Of a DNA stretch of 64,000 nucleotides, positions 10,727 to 26,424 are shown one piece after another; position 1 is the first letter of the stretch, and every line of letters starts with the position of its first letter. A program made the position numbers and the translations under genes. The stretch comes from Mantamonas sphyraenae STR306 (Eukaryota; Protista; CRuMs): contig JAPMXV010000060.1 of assembly GCA_026936335.1 (NCBI GenBank), positions 62,001-126,000 on the forward strand. Direction: 5' to 3'. The notes below the pieces were generated by a model that saw only the letters and a program-made list of their open reading frames with translations, was not told the DNA's origin and made no database searches.

Positions 10727-11865
10727 ATGCGTGGCGGTGGTGGTGCTCGCCAGCGGATGTCCTCTGGGTATCAGCCGTTAGGGGATGACACCTCCATGGC
10801 CTACGGCAGCGGGATGTACGCGTCCGGCCAGCTGTACAACACAGGGCGTCCGTTCCACCGTACGCTGGAGTACGTGTTTACGGGCAAGCTCACCTTGTTT
10901 CCTGTCATCATTCTGGCCACGTTTGTCAGCTCGGGTATTCTGCTGACGTACGGCGACCTCAGTTACAGCGGCGGCTACTTCCAAAGCAACGAGGTTTACT
11001 TTGGCCTCATTGGCCTTGCTGTCATGTTTGTCTCTGTGGGCATGCTGGTCACTCTTGTGCGCTGGATGGTCCTCAAGATCATCTTTGTGGTGACGCCCAA
11101 CAAGCTGGTTGTGCTGAAGCACGGCGTGTACAGGTGCGTGCCTCCCCCCCATTTCTACCTCTTCCCGCGCACTTGCCTTGCAATTCTCCATCCCACCCTT
11201 GCTTACACCGCAACCCTCGCCCCCCCCCTCACTGTCTCTCGACAATATCACGCACTGTGTGCGTGCGTGTGCACTTGTTCAGGTCCTCACGCTACGAGTT
11301 TTCCACGCCAAGCTCAACGCTGTATTATTATCGAACGCACTTCAGCGAAGACGAGGCGTGGCTGTGCCTGGTGGTCAAGGAGCACCAAACATTCTACAGA
11401 CTGTGTTCCTGGCGTGGCAAAGGCAACCAGCGTGAGCGGTTCTTCCATCTGTTTGAGCAGCTGACGGACGCCATGGACACGGCTCGCGCTGTGCATCTCG
11501 CCGCCGCAGGTACCAAGGATCTGTTCAACAACGTAAAGCGGGTGACGCCCGAGATTGTGTCTCAGGAGGAGGTGACACTGATCAACCCATTCACCAGTCG
11601 TCTCAGCAAGTTTACGCGCCGCAGCACGACTTCCAACCAGACCTTGTGCATCGGCGACATCGACATGGTTTCCTACGATTCGCTCTACGACCACTTTGTG
11701 CATAACAAGATCCTCGTCAAAGAGTCACCTGAGGATCAGTACGACGACGAGGACTATGATGACGACGAATACGACGAATATGACGACGACGAAGACGAGG
11801 AGGATGAGGAAGAGGACGAGGCCGACACGGAAGCACTGCTCGCAGCGCCAGTGGGCGGCAGGTGA
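10727..11865 (+). CDS. Unknown 2-TM membrane protein with acidic tail; intron ~11133-11282
   Basis: Two hydrophobic helices in exon 1; GTGCGT..TTCAG intron joins the two long ORFs. Confidence 0.6.
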
Positions 11866-11918
11866 CGTGACAGCCAACCAAGGAATGAAACACAGGTGTT
11901 GAATGTGTCCATTCAATG

Positions 11919-13404
<1,486 letters not shown>

Positions 13405-13541
13405 GGTGGCCGAATGCGCTGAGGATGGAGTTTGGCCTGGGCAGCGCGGACGCGGCCACAGCGAGGACCCCAAGTCGCAGCCCGGACAAGGACACACACA
13501 CACGAGAGCACACGAGAGCACGCGATTCACACAGAAGAGAC

Positions 13542-14879
13542 TATGGCATCATCCCTGTCCATTGCTATGCAAACGCTGGCGTTTGCCACCCTGATCATCG
13601 GAATGTTTGCCTGGATGGATCTGCACGCCATGACGATTGCCGACTCCCATGCACGCACCATGCTGAAAGAACACAAGGGCCAGTTCCCGGATCCAGAGCC
13701 ACAGCGCATCTTTAACCACGAGCAAATCAGCAGGGAGTACAGCTGGACCATGCTCGTCGCCATCCTCAACGTCATCCACGCCCTGTGGCTGTGGGAAAGT
13801 GAGTTTGTGTGCCGCCCCCCGCCTTCCCCTTGTGCCCAATGTCCTCATTCTTCCATCATCCATTCGTCGATTTGGGGGGATTCGTGAACGTGAGCTCACG
13901 TCGTGGGTTGGTTTTTGATCAAACGCGCCAAACGCCTTTTGCTGTGCCCCGCCTCACCCCCCCCCCGCCTCCCCCCCCACCACCACTCTTCTCCAAAACA
14001 GTGCGAAACAGCCTGCTCTTTGCCAAACTGAGCATGCTCACCTCGCTGCCCGTGGTCGCCCTGCGTGTCGTTCAGCCGTTCTTGGACGGCAGCACACGCG
14101 GCGTGATCGATCCCATCAACATGGACTCACGCATCTTTCACATTTCCATTGTCAACACCATCATTGACGTCCTTCGCGTGGGCCACTTGGCCGTGTTGTT
14201 GTGGGAACGCGGCGTGCTCAATCTGCGCTTGCCCAAGATGCGCCCTCTGGACATGCCTCGCCTTCTCTTGGGCGCTGCATACGTCGTCATGGGTCTGCTC
14301 GTAGTGCTGCGTCCCTCCATGGCCGATTCTGTGCTGCGCATGCCTCCCTCCAAGCATCCGAGCTTCCTTTTGGCCGACGAGCTTGCTGGCGAGCACTTTG
14401 TTGGCGATCTCACCCTTTCCCGCCATTTCAAGGACACTTTGCTGCGCTCTGGCTACGGTTCTATGTGGTACACAGGCACCATGCTGCTCCAACACGGACT
14501 CATGCTCATCACCATGTCTGGCTACGCCATCTACGGCGGCTGGAAGGCGAGCATCACCTCCTCGATCGTCTTTCTCCTCTGCTGTGCCTTTGGCGTCATC
14601 CGAGGCGTTCTCGTCGATCCAATGGCCGTAGCCTTGCCCGACCTCATCGCCCTCGTTGGCTTCATTGTCTACCCCATCCCGGAGCTGGAGGAGGCCGCCG
14701 AACGCGACGCCCTCAGGAAGAAGCAGGAGGAAAAGGAGGCAGCTGGCGAGGACGACACCGACGGAGAGGACACAGGCGACAAGGATGGCAAAGTCAGGAA
14801 GAGAAAGACACAGAAGCAAAAGGGCAAGGATGCACCTACGCAGGCAGAGAAACCGGCAACCAGCAAGAAGCGCGATTGA
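13542..14879 (+). CDS. Unknown multi-pass membrane protein ending KKRD (KKxx ER-retrieval signal); one intron ~13799-14001
   Basis: Several hydrophobic segments, C-terminal dilysine motif, GTGAGT..ACAG intron in frame. Confidence 0.6.
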
Positions 14880-14968
14880 GCACTGGTCAAGGCAGAGCGA
14901 CGGCTTGGTTGCATGTGAATCGACAATTGACTTGTGTCGTCCTTGTTGCACGTTGATCCCCTTTCGTC

Positions 14969-15721
14969 ATGAGCACGCCGTGGCAACCATTCGTTCGTGC
15001 CGGCGAGTTGCCTTCGGAACCCAGGCCAGTGCCCTCCAGAAAGCCACGCACAACCACCAAAACCCTCTACCGCTATGTCCCACGTGCACAAAAGGGCCAG
15101 GGAAAGGAGGAGCAAGTTGTGGTCAGCGTCCATGAGACAGAGGAGGAGGCGGAATCTGCGTCAGAGGACACCACCAACACCTCCTCCTCCTCCTCCTCCT
15201 CGTCGACCTCGTCACTGGTGGCCACGCTGGTGCGGGACAAGCAACAAAGTGGCCAACTTGTTTGCAACACACACGCGTCAAAACGACATGCAGGTGGCAA
15301 CGCAAACGAGCAAAAGGCACCCTCAGAACACAAACCAGCTCCAAAGCCCAGCTGGATGGAGTCTGCACACGTGCCACGTGCCATCATGTCCAAATATGGA
15401 TGGCGCAAAGGGCAGGGGATTGGGCGTGGCGACGGCGGCCTGACGACGCCGCTCAAGGTGCAGCTGCGTCGACCTGGTGTCGGCCTGGGTCACCACAATG
15501 CCCATCATGAGACGCGCCTGCAGCAGTCCCAAATCCAACCGAACAAGAGCCAGCTTCGAGAAGCCAGGCGGCAGCGCAAGCGACTCAAGCAGGAGGCCGA
15601 CGCACGCAAGAAACTGCTCGATCTTGCCATTGCCGCCGAGTTTGGTGGCGCCGCGTTGATTGTGCCCACAGAGCTGCAGCACTTGCTCAACTCGCACGCA
15701 CAGCAACAGGAGGACGAATGA
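14969..15721 (+). CDS. G-patch domain protein
   Basis: AIMSKYGWRKGQGIGRGDGGLTTPL..RPGVGLG G-patch consensus. Confidence 0.8.
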   Translation: MSTPWQPFVRAGELPSEPRPVPSRKPRTTTKTLYRYVPRAQKGQGKEEQVVVSVHETEEEAESASEDTTNTSSSSSSSSTSSLVATLVRDKQQSGQLVCNTHASKRHAGGNANEQKAPSEHKPAPKPSWMESAHVPRAIMSKYGWRKGQGIGRGDGGLTTPLKVQLRRPGVGLGHHNAHHETRLQQSQIQPNKSQLREARRQRKRLKQEADARKKLLDLAIAAEFGGAALIVPTELQHLLNSHAQQQEDE

Positions 15722-15776
15722 AGCAACAAACACACCACCAGGACCACCGCCACAGGATGAAAGCATCTCCATTTGC

Positions 15777-18180
15777 TCACCCGTATTCAAACGAGTCAAA
15801 GAACTCTTCGGGCTCCTCACCCTCGCGCACGACGGAAACAGCGGTGTGGCCGGCGGGGCACAACTGTGGGTTTGCGTCTTGGAACGCCTGCACTGCTGCA
15901 TCGAGTTTGTGCAGCTCTGCAAATTCAGCGCCAATCCACACGTACAACATGCGTGTGATGTCTGTGTCCTCAAGCACCGAGGCAGCCAGCCGGTTGGTGG
16001 ACAGGCAATAGAGGCCATCGGGCAGCAGGTCGTCCGTGTCAAAGTTGCTCAGGTCCTCCCAGGAAGGGTACTCGTGCAGGCTGGCCTCGAGTGCGGGCAT
16101 TGAATTGATGGAGCCCACACTTGTGTCGCCACTCTGTGTGCTGCGACCCGTCACGCGGTCGCTACTCGCCTCGCCACTGCGTGCGCTGTGATTGTTGCTT
16201 GCCTCGCCGTCCATGTTGGGCATGGACAGGCGAAATTGGCCCACCCCGTGGCTGTGTGCGCTTCCAGGAGGCGAGAACGACGGAGCGCCATCCTCTGCCC
16301 ACACACTGGGCGACACAGAGCCACTCGAACGCATTGAACGTCCTGTACTCAAACCAGAGGCGTCCGAAGCTGTCTCTAGCCTCTCCAGAGCCTCCGGAGC
16401 ATCCTGTGCATTGTACGACGAGTTGCGTGGGATTCGCAGCGAGCTGGGTGTGCCTGTCACACCCAACGCTGCCCAAAACTCGCTATCCTCCTCCCCTTGG
16501 TTCACCATCGTTGCATCGGGCGCATGGAAGAAGCGCTGCAGGCGAGGCACCGCCACCTTCTCCGCAAACTGCACGTGTGTGTTGAGACTGTGGCGCCCCA
16601 CCCACACCCACACAGTGTCCTCTGTGTACAGCACAAATACAAACCGGGGATCCAGGGCCTGCAGACCCAGTGTGTGCACCTGTCGTGCGACGAGAAAGTG
16701 CTTCTGCGGGTCGTCCCACACAGGTTCCTCCTCCTCTTCCTGGCCGCCCACATCCTCCAAGGACATGCCAAAGCCGTTGCTGTCGTTCAAACTGCTGTTG
16801 ATGCTTCCGCTGCTCATGTTGCTGTTGTTGGCCACTTCGCGCTGCCAGGAATCCCACAGCAGCGGCTTGGGCAGCACGTCGGCGTGCTCACACACGCGGT
16901 ACAACCGTGGCTTGTTGCCTGTACCCTCCTTCATCAGCTTCTGAAAGTCCAGCAGCTGGCAGATGAAGCCCGTGTTGGGGTTGCACACGCCACGACGTTC
17001 CCGTGTGAACCGGTACGCCTCGTCGTAGGTCCAGCCAAATTTCCACATGATGTACACAATGGTCATGGACGACGAACGTGACACACCCTTGTGACAATGC
17101 ACAAACACCGTGTTGCCATCCTGCACCGCCCCGTCAATAAACTCGATGGCCTGCCGCGTTCCAGCCGTGTTTGTGTGAGTTTTCTGACGCTTCCCAGCCC
17201 CTCTTTCTCCACACATGGCCATTGTGCACACAACTCACCTCTACAAACAGCTCCGAAATATCCACCGATGCGGCGTCGTTCACATAGAATGTCTTGTACT
17301 GCGGTGTTTGGAGGCGGAATCCGCGTGTTTTGTCCGAGTGTTTGAGCATGGGTCAGCATTTCTCGCGAAGCGGCGCTTCATCTGGGCACCCAGCACTTAC
17401 GGTGAATCGACTGTCATCCTCAAAGTAGTTGGGGCACGCACTACCAGCACAGTTGAGAATGTGTGTGATCCCGTGAGCCAATAGCTCGTCCTTGTCCTGT
17501 GCGATGGTGTTGGAGCCCAAGAACACATTCTCCAGAATCTGGGCCGTCAGGATAAGGCCGGAAAATGTGTGTGAGTGACGAGACACGGGACCACGCACAC
17601 CCAAGCACCCCCCACATGCGTTTGCACAATACAATCCACGTTGTAGGCTTCGGGGTCGGCCTTGCCTGGCACAGGGGAGACTTTGCGGACCCACTTTCCA
17701 AAAGCGGAGATTTTGTGAAGAGGCGTCGTCGCTTACCTGGCTGCAGATGAGGTCGTACTGTGCCAACTTGGCCTTCTTCCGTTCCTTCTCAGGGTCTGCT
17801 CGCGCCTCGTCGTCGATGACGCCCACGTTGAGTGTGATGCGTGAAGCGGTGGTGCCCGACTGCGGAACCGCCGTCGTGCCCTTTTCGTTGTCATCCAAAC
17901 GCTTCAACAGCGACACGACGCTTCGTTGCTGTCCGTTATCCCGCTCGCCTTCTCGCCTGCTGCTGTGCGAAGCCAACCTAGAGCTACCCGCAGTCCTACG
18001 TCCAATGGCCCCGTGGTCCAAGAGCCGTTGTCGCTTGCCCAGAAGCGATTCCAACGGCAGCCGTCCAGTCACTCTTGCCGGTACCTGAGGCGCACTCGCG
18101 TCCACACCACCCTGTGCGACATCCCCGAGGCCACTGCTTTTGTTCAGAGGCCGTTTGCGTAGCGAGGGCACCCCAGACAT
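15777..18180 (-). CDS. Dual-specificity (MAP kinase) phosphatase with gelsolin-like repeats, plant MKP1-like architecture; 4 exons
   Basis: ILENVFLGS..GITHILNCAG, VFVHCHKGVSRSSS (HCX5R), CNPNTGFICQL; gelsolin-type LDPRFVFVL..VWVWVGR and VREGEEPEEFFDSF. Confidence 0.85.
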
Positions 18181-18233
18181 CCTTCTTGGTTGTTGTTTGG
18201 TGGCGATCGCGCTGTCCCGCTCAGCACGAAAGA

Positions 18234-19769
18234 ATGGTGTGTCTGCTGCCCCTTTCCCAGCCGCTCCACAAACGCACACCTCACTGACTTGCCCTCCTCC
18301 AACTGGATCACTGCACTACACGGTGATCATCCCCTTCCCACAGACAAACACGCAGTACATCCGCGTGGTGCTCAGCCCCAAAGAGCGCTTCTACTTGCAG
18401 ACCAGCTGGCACAGCAACGGCGGCCTTGATCTGTTACTCTGCGACGGCAAACACACCTGGGCACGCAGCCTCGACGAGCAGCTCCTCGAGGCTGTCAAAC
18501 CATCCAACATGCAGTTCACCAAGTTTGTCCAAGAGAGCCAACGCTGCCTGGGCACCTCGTATGACTTTGACGACTCCCGCACACGCACTTGTCCCTTTGA
18601 GCTGTCCACAGCCTCCTCCTCCTCCTCCTCCTCCCACTCCTCCCACTCCAGGAAATCCTCATCGTCGTCATCTTTGTCGTCCTGCACTCTCACCTGGAAG
18701 ATTGCCGTGCCTCACGACAGCCTGGGAGAGATTCAGGTACGTGTCGCTTTTTCCCTGTGCCCCAAGCCCACCCCGTTCTGTGTTGTGCTCACCTTCCCTC
18801 ACATTCATCCCCAGATCAAATGTACAGTCGATTTGGAGCGTGTGGGCGACGCTCGTGAGGCAGGGAAACCCGTCTACCCGTTTCTGGACGAGTTGACCCG
18901 CAAAAGCGCAGCCCTTGTCGACGCCAACCGCGAGCTGGAGCTGCAAAACTCTCGCCTCTCCACGCAGCTGGCCAAGCAGCAATCCTTGCTATCCAAGCTC
19001 ACTTTGGAGAAAGAGTCGCTTGAGACTCAGCTCTACGAAAAGTTTCTCTTTCTCCTCAACGCCAAGAAGCGCCGCATCGCCGATCTTGCCACAGACAGTC
19101 AGTTCGCACGCACCACTCCCTCGTTGCCCCGCTCGCCACACTCACCCGTGCGCGCTCATTCCCCTCCAACCCACAGACCGTCGCCTACAAACCCTGCTTT
19201 CACAGCGTCCAGCTGCTCCGGCTGCTCCGGCTGCTCGTGCACCGGTGTCGCCATCGCAGGCCTCCGTCGACCTCCTCAAACTCGAGCCCATCACTCCACC
19301 CTCGGCTGCAGCCAAGCGCAAACCCGAACCTGAGCTGGACGACTCACAAATGCTTCAGGACGACCTTCTCAGCCAATCCTCCTCCTCTCAGGCTCGCCCA
19401 CGCCTCAGCACCACCCAAGATCTCCTCCACGTTGACGAGCTCTCCACGCTCACCCCTCCCTCTGAACCCCTCTCACGCAAGCGAAAGCATCGCACTCACA
19501 CGCGAAATGACCCGTACAGCTCATCCAGCGACGTGGACACATCCCCGTCTGCTGTGACGCCCGTGCAAAACGACCTGAAGCGGGCCCGCCTTGAACGCAC
19601 CACAAGCTCCTCCTCCACCTCCAGTGCCTCCAGTGCCACCAGCACAGACAGCAGCGTACAAAGTAGCATCAAGAGCAGCCTTGGCTCCCGCCAGCCCAAG
19701 CAGCAGACATCCAAGAGGAAACCCGTTGTACTTTCGGACCCTACCGACTTGTTTGCCGACATAGAATGA
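18234..19769 (+). CDS. XRCC4: XRCC4 NHEJ factor; probably 4 exons
   Basis: Head-domain LDLLLCDGKHTWA; coiled coil ending KESLETQLYEKFLFLLNAKKRRIADL (XRCC4 ligase IV-binding region); first exon inferred as ATG only. Confidence 0.8.
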
Positions 19770-19819
19770 ACTGTTCCAACGCCATCAGTGGTGTATTCCA
19801 GTACAATATGTATCCAACC

Positions 19820-22800
19820 CTATGCTTCTGTCGTTGACGGCGCACTCTCTTGCTCCTGCTGCTGCTCCTCCTGAGCCGGTTCGCTCTGGTCTCCTCCGCT
19901 GCCACTGCTGCTACTCTCTTCCTCTGCAACCACCTCTGGCACTGCCTGCGGCACGGAAGACGGAAACACTTGCTCCTGCAAGCCCTCGATGAATCCAAGG
20001 CTCTCCCAAGTCACAAGCCACAACCGTGACCCCTCTTCCTTCACTTCCCCCTCTGTGCTTGGAGGCCGGAAGCCCAGCCTGTCTGACGAGGCCATCACCA
20101 GCAACATGTTCTTGATCGACTCTGGGATCGCCTCTGCCAGCAACTTGCTGCTCCCTGCCTTCATAAACTCTTCCATGAAGCGAAGGATGCGCAGCCACAG
20201 CTCCTCAAAGTTGTCCAGCTGCGCAAGCTGCTCCAGATGCTGCAAAAAGACAACCGACAGCAGCTGAGCTGCACGCAGTCGTGTTTCGTCAATGTTGGCA
20301 AACGCATCTGTGTTGGGATGCAGCATGTCCGAAAACAGCCGGAACAGCACCTCGCCAAAGCATTGCTTCCACGCCTGCGGCGACAGCTGATGACCTGCTT
20401 CGTCCAACAACACCTGCTGTAGACCCATCAGGGCCTGGTTGCGCACGCGCTGCTCGCTGCTGCACGACAGCACGCAGAATCCGCGCAGCAGCGGGAACCA
20501 CCGGATGCGGTACTCCTGCTCGCTAAACTCCTGCACGGGTTCGCCCCCGCTTGTGGCCGTGCTGTTTCTCGCCTGCACAAACGCCAACGCAAACAGCTTG
20601 CGGTTGGCCAGCGGCAAGAAGCACATCAGCTGCACACTCGCCTCCACGGCCTCCGAACCGTGGCTGTTCCGCGCCATGTCCACAATCGCCTCCACACATG
20701 GAACCACGTTGTATCGTGTCAGACACTCCCCGTTGTTGTCCATCAGGCACTTGACACACTCGCCCGCGTACGTCAGCTCCTCCTCCCGGCTTGCAACCTG
20801 TTTCACCAGCGCAAAGATCTTGCGCCAGCCCATCTCGTCCTTGTAGCTCTTTGCGTTCTTGCGGATCACCTGTGCCACACCTGCACCGATATGTGTGTTG
20901 AACATCGTGCTGCACTCGCTGGGCATCTTCAGCAGCAGGTCCATCGAGCGCACAATCTGCTCTCCAATGTCCTCCTGGCTCAGCAGCTCTGCGCTCAGCT
21001 TCAGCAAACCCACCACAGCACGCTCCACCAGGTACGACGCCCCCGTGGCGCCAGTAATCAGGTTGGAAAAGTGGTCGTACACAAGTAGCCACAGGAAGAT
21101 CACACGCTCGCGATTCAGCACCGTGATGCGCACAAGGAGCTCCAGGCAAAACACAGCCACATCCGTCTGTGCCTCGCGCTCCTCCTCGCTCAGGTTGCCC
21201 TGTGGCTTCACAGATGCCAAAATGAGCGCCTTGATCAGGTAGATCAGAGAATCGGCCTGCACGTCCTTCGCGTGAGTCACCACCTCGTTGACCCCACACG
21301 AAGCCACACACTTCCGTGTCACCTCTTCTGCCTGTCGGTCTGCTGCGCTCGGCTCCGCTTCCTCCTCACCCCCGCCCATGTACAAGTATTGCGAAAACGT
21401 GGTGAACAGCGACACACTCCCGCTGTCGCTGCGCTCCTTCACAGGCCGGCCCTCGGGAGAGAGCACAGACACAAGCGCCTTGCCATTGTCCAGTCGTGCA
21501 AAGTTGAACCTACGGGTCATCTCCTCTGGCAGGAGCTTGGCCAGGTGCAGATTGATGATGCAATCCAAGATGTTGCGCCACCCCTCACGCAGATGGTCAC
21601 CATACTTGCGCGTCAGCGCAAACACCGTGTTGGTTGCCACCTGCGCTTTGTGGTTGTGGCCAAAGTCGACTGCAAAGCCAAACGCGTCCCCGGGCGCGTT
21701 CATCAGCGTCGTAAACTTGCACAGCGAAATCACCAGGTTGTCAAACACCTCGCTCATCTCATAGAACGCAGAGATCTTGGCACACACCTGGAACCCTGCG
21801 ACGCTCATGTCCAGCGTGCCCTTGTCCGTCGTCGTGTCAAACACCACAGACAGCGCCGCAATCGTCGGCCCCCACACAATGTTGAACATGTCCCGGTCGT
21901 ACACGGGCTCGTCCACCACGTAGTACCGCCGTGCCTTTGCGTCATGGCTTCGCTTCAACATGTCCATCCACTTGTTGTGCGAATCGTTCGCTGCGCCAGG
22001 GATCGGCACACGCAGCTGCTTCGCCGTAATGCTGTCGTAGATTTCCTCCTGCAGTTTGCGCGGAAAGTCTGCGCCATCGTTGCACGATCGGTTGTTCCGA
22101 ATGAACTGCTCCTTGGTCATCTTGCGCTTCACGCCTGCGTTGTGTGCATCTGTGTTGAGCATGATGATCGAGTACGCCAGCACATAGGCCGCGTCAGCGC
22201 TCGCAAATACACCGTTCTCGTCCGGATAGTATTGACTCGACCACGCCTCCATGATGCGCGCAATCTGCTGTGCCTCTCCCGGAAGCAGGAATGCGTCCAG
22301 GAACATTCGCAGTGCCTCGTCCAGACGTTGGCCTCGGAAATCAAACGTTTTCACAAACTCGTGCAGCACTTCCACGTGCTCCGCCGTGTGCTTGCCAATG
22401 TACTGCCCGATCACAGCCTTGCTTAGTCCCGGGGTGTTGCGGAAGAACAGCGCCATTGCCTTGGCTGTCACGGGCTTCGGCAGCAGACCAACCTCCTGCA
22501 GGTACTTGATCCCGCCCTTTTGGTCCTTGTTGAACTGCTCTGCGCCAACCATCAGCATGCCCTTGTCCTTCTTGCGCTTGCGCAGCTCCTCTGCACTCGG
22601 CAGAGACATGTGCAGGTCCGTCTCGTTTGCTTCCTCCTCCTCAGCTGTGGTTGATGACGACGAGGCCGATGACGACGACGATGACGATGACTCACTGCTG
22701 CCTGTTGCACTTGCAGCGGCGGCCGTGGCCGCAGCAGTAGACGACGACGAGCCCTCTGAGGTTGCCTCCAGCGGGCTAAGCTCGCGAAAGTCGCCCGGTC

Positions 22801-24988
22801 GCATGAGACCGACGTGTGGCGAGGCAAAGGCGTTGACCTGACTGCGTTGGGCTCGCGTGGCAATGGAATGCACCGTGGCCAAAAGTCCCTGGAGGGCAAG
22901 CACGTGGATGTGGTTCAGACGTCCGCTGACCGGGAACGCGTTCTTGGAAAGGAAACCGCAAATGGTCTCAAAGAGGTCGGAGCAGAGCATGTCGCAGTCA
23001 AAATTGACATACAGTTCGGCCATGAGGCTTTCTTCCTTGCACAGCTCTGTGAGATACTCCAGGGACAGTTCGACCTGCTCGGGGCTGCTGCTCTTGCGCT
23101 CAGCAACAAAGAGGAGCACGCCCGTGATAAACACCTCCAGCTGGAACTTGAGATGCTGGCGGCAATGTGTGTACAGCAGGTGGATCACGCGGTAGGTCTG
23201 GTTGAGAATCACAAGGTCCTGCATACGCGAGGCCTTGAGCAAAAAGATGCACAACTTGTCCTTGATCAGCGTCATCAGCGTGTCTGCGCCGCCGATCTCG
23301 TCCCCGCTGCTTTCCAGGACGTTGACTGCCAGGCGCAGGCCAAAGAACACCGTCTCCGGGTCGTCCATGGCCGAGGCCGGGGCTGCGTCAAGGAAGCCGA
23401 CGTCAATGAGTGTGCACACAAAGTCCAGCAGCCGGTGTGCAAGCACCAGCGAGTACGGCTTCTTTTTCGGATGAGCAAACGAGTCTTCAGAAAAGTGATA
23501 CGACACACCGTATGCGTCGACATGCTGCACGTCCTCCATGTGCACCTGCACAAAGTCGTGGTCCTTGTCCGCGCTTGCATCGTCATTGCTCCCCCCATCC
23601 GTCTTCTTTTGCTTCTCCACCTGTGGTTCCGTGTCTTTGTCTGCCTCTGCCTGGCCTTCGCTGCTGTTGCTGCTGCTTGCTGCTCCCTGGTCTGCGCCCT
23701 GGTCCTGCGACGACGAGTCCTGCACATGGGGCAATGCCTGTGTGGGCTCGGGCAGGCTGTTGTTGTTGGAAATGGCCTCCACCGTCTCCTTTTGGGCCTT
23801 GGACAGCGGCTTGAGCTCGCCCAGGCGGCTGAACACGGCGGTGACCGTCTCGTGAATGGCATTCTCGGCAATGCCCCGCAGCAGCTCCGAGAGACGCACC
23901 TGCTGCCAGATGCGGTAACACGTCTGGACGATTTCGTACACGGCATCGTCGCACAGGTAGCGACCGAGTGGCGAGCGCACACAGGCGACGAGCACCTGCA
24001 GAATGCGCATCAGGACCACCTCGTCGTACTGCTCGTCCGTGGCCTCGAATTTGCACCTGCACACAATCACACGACGCACATCCATGCCAGTGTCAGCAAG
24101 TGGCGTCGTCTCCTCCAGTGTGGCCATTGACAACGACAGGGCGACCTCCAGCGACGTGCGTGGCGCACCGGGCAGGGTTTTCGGGGCACAGCCCTCTCGC
24201 CTTTCTTTTCGCTCACACACACGCACACACAGAACACACACACACACACACCACGACCTACCTGGTCACGGCGTCAGCAATGCTGTTGACTGCCGGTTGC
24301 AGTTGCACAAAGGACTCGTCAAACACGCCCATGGTGAGGAACTTGAGCACTGAGGAGAGGGCCACGTCTGTGATGAGGCCGCTTGTGTCGGGCGAGAGAA
24401 TGATGGTTGTAAAGGGAGCCAACACGTGCAAGGGGGGCACCTCGTTGAGATCTGCGCAATGGAGATGGATGGTCAGTGGTTGCAGACACGCAGAGACGGT
24501 GGTGTGCGGTGTGGTGTTGGTGAACGTACGGTGCACAGAGGAGAGGCTGTCGCGCAGATCAATCAGATTCTGCGTCAGCGCAAGCTCGCCTTCCGACTCC
24601 TGGTCGACGCCGTGCTGTGCAGAGGCAAGTTGAAGACAGGGAAGGGGGATGGGCGTGCGGGTTAGCAACGAATAGTCAGAGGACGTGTGTGCAGACACGC
24701 GGTGGCACATACCGAGCGGGCCTCAAAGCTCCAGCGTGCGTTGCAGCGCATGACCGACAACACGGCCTGGATTTCTCCCACAACCAGGTTGGTGGCGGCA
24801 GAGTTCTGTGAGACAGCAGATACAGCGATGGTGTGTGTCAGCAAACATGCGCAATCTCGTGTATGGTGTGCAGAAACACGGCGGTGGGGGGGGAGTAGCA
24901 CGCACAGGCATGGTCGATTGGGCACCCGCGCGCTGCCCACACACATGGCAAAAGAGCACCATCCACCCGCAGTTCATACTTTCACCAT
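19820..24988 (-). CDS. GBF1: Large ARF-GEF of the GBF1/GEA family (DCB-HUS-Sec7-HDS); several 5' introns
   Basis: IQAVLSVMRCNARW, TRCKFEATD..DEVVLMRILQVL, ELYVNFDCD, Sec7 FLLPGEAQQIARIME and YVLAYSIIMLNTDAHN, LAEAIPESIKNMLLVM. Confidence 0.92.
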
Positions 24989-25034
24989 GCTTCCCATTCC
25001 CCCCCCCCCCCCGTCCGGCCCAACACATTCATCG

Positions 25035-25883
25035 ATGTCGCAAACGACGGTCAAGATTCTCGTGATCGGCCCGCTGCACAGTGGCAAATCAACAGTGGCC
25101 AACCTGCTGTCGGGCGAGTCGGACACACCCTGGGAATACAAAACTACAGAGGGATGCAGGTAGGGCTGTGTAGGGGACGCCCATCGGCGACCTGTTTGCT
25201 GATGAAACGGCCCACAGCGGTTCAATTCGTCTCGTCCACGCTCACACACTCCCGATACAGGATATTCACATTTGCAAGGGACATGTCTGAGTTCCAGGTA
25301 TCGTCCCTGTACAACATTCAGGAGGTGAACGTGGAGCTGTGGGACTGTTCGGGCGACGCAGAAAAGTGAGTTTTTGCCGCGCGCGCCAAGGCATCTGGCT
25401 GGGCCGCTTTTCGCCTTTGTCACAATGTGTGGCACCCCTTCCGTATGCACAGCCCATCGCCCGCCTCGGTACAATGATCGGTCTCCGTGCTTACACGTTG
25501 TGCATCTCACCTCGTCGCGTCCCTTGCCACGGGTCAGGTACAATTCGTGCTGGCCTGCGTTTGCCCAGGATGCCAACGGCTTGCTGTTTGTGACCAGCGC
25601 AGGCGACCAGCAACAGGTGCAGCAGTTGGACAGCTGGCACGAGTCGTTTGTGCAGAGCACCGGAGTGAACAGCAAGCAGTGCATGGTCTTCTCCCACGCC
25701 ACAGACCAACGCCAAGCCAGGGCCGCCTCCAGCACGCGCCCGTCGTTCAGTAAGCGCTTCCAACGCATCCCTCACGTCTACACCTCCCTTGAGGAGAACC
25801 AGGGTGCCATCTTTGACAACTTTGATGCCCTGGTGGCCAACGTAGCTCAGTCGGTGGCCGAAAACGAGGAGAAAGCAATCTGA
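25035..25883 (+). CDS. IFT22: Intraflagellar transport protein 22 (RABL5); 3 exons
   Basis: KILVIGPLHSGKSTVANLL, YKTTEGCRIF, VNVELWDCSGD, YNSCWPAF; no NKxD motif, as is typical of IFT22. Confidence 0.85.
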
Positions 25884-26424
25884 AACACTTCAAACCATCG
25901 CATTCCATTGCTGTTCCTTCTCCCGAGCTCGCTCTCTTGGTTGCGTGCTCCCGCCACGAAAGAGTGTGCATGCGTGTGTGTGGCTGGCTGGATTGGACAG
26001 GTCTACAGGAGCATCGTCGACGTGTGCGAGATGCTCATCGCCGACAGCATGGTCGCGTGTGTCGAGTCTGTTGTCAGACTGCTTCCGATGCTGCTTCGCT
26101 CGTGGGAGCTACGAGGCGAGCTAAACGCGGAGCGGGGCGAGCTGATGGACACCGAGTCCATCAACTTCAGGTTACCCGTGCTGCGTGCATCCTCCGAGAT
26201 TTCCGACACCTCAGAAGCCGCCACGTCATCCAGCGACGTGTGTTCCTCCTCCAGTTGCTTGTTGTGCGAGCGCAGCTGCGTCAGGTCTAGCTTGCTCACG
26301 CCCACAGGCCGGCGCGACGTAAACGCAAACGTGCCATTGCGCACAGGTGACACCGACAGCGAGTTGGTCGTCACCATTGTGCGTCCGTTCACGCTCGTGA
26401 TGTGTTTGCCACTCTCCATGTCGT
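25849..26424. repeat. Copy A of ~576-bp direct duplication (IFT22 3' end + intergenic + 3' end of gene 28047-30140)
   Basis: Near-identical to 27863-28468; by eye one substitution (26288 T vs 28332 C) plus an altered segment near 27892-27935. Confidence 0.95.
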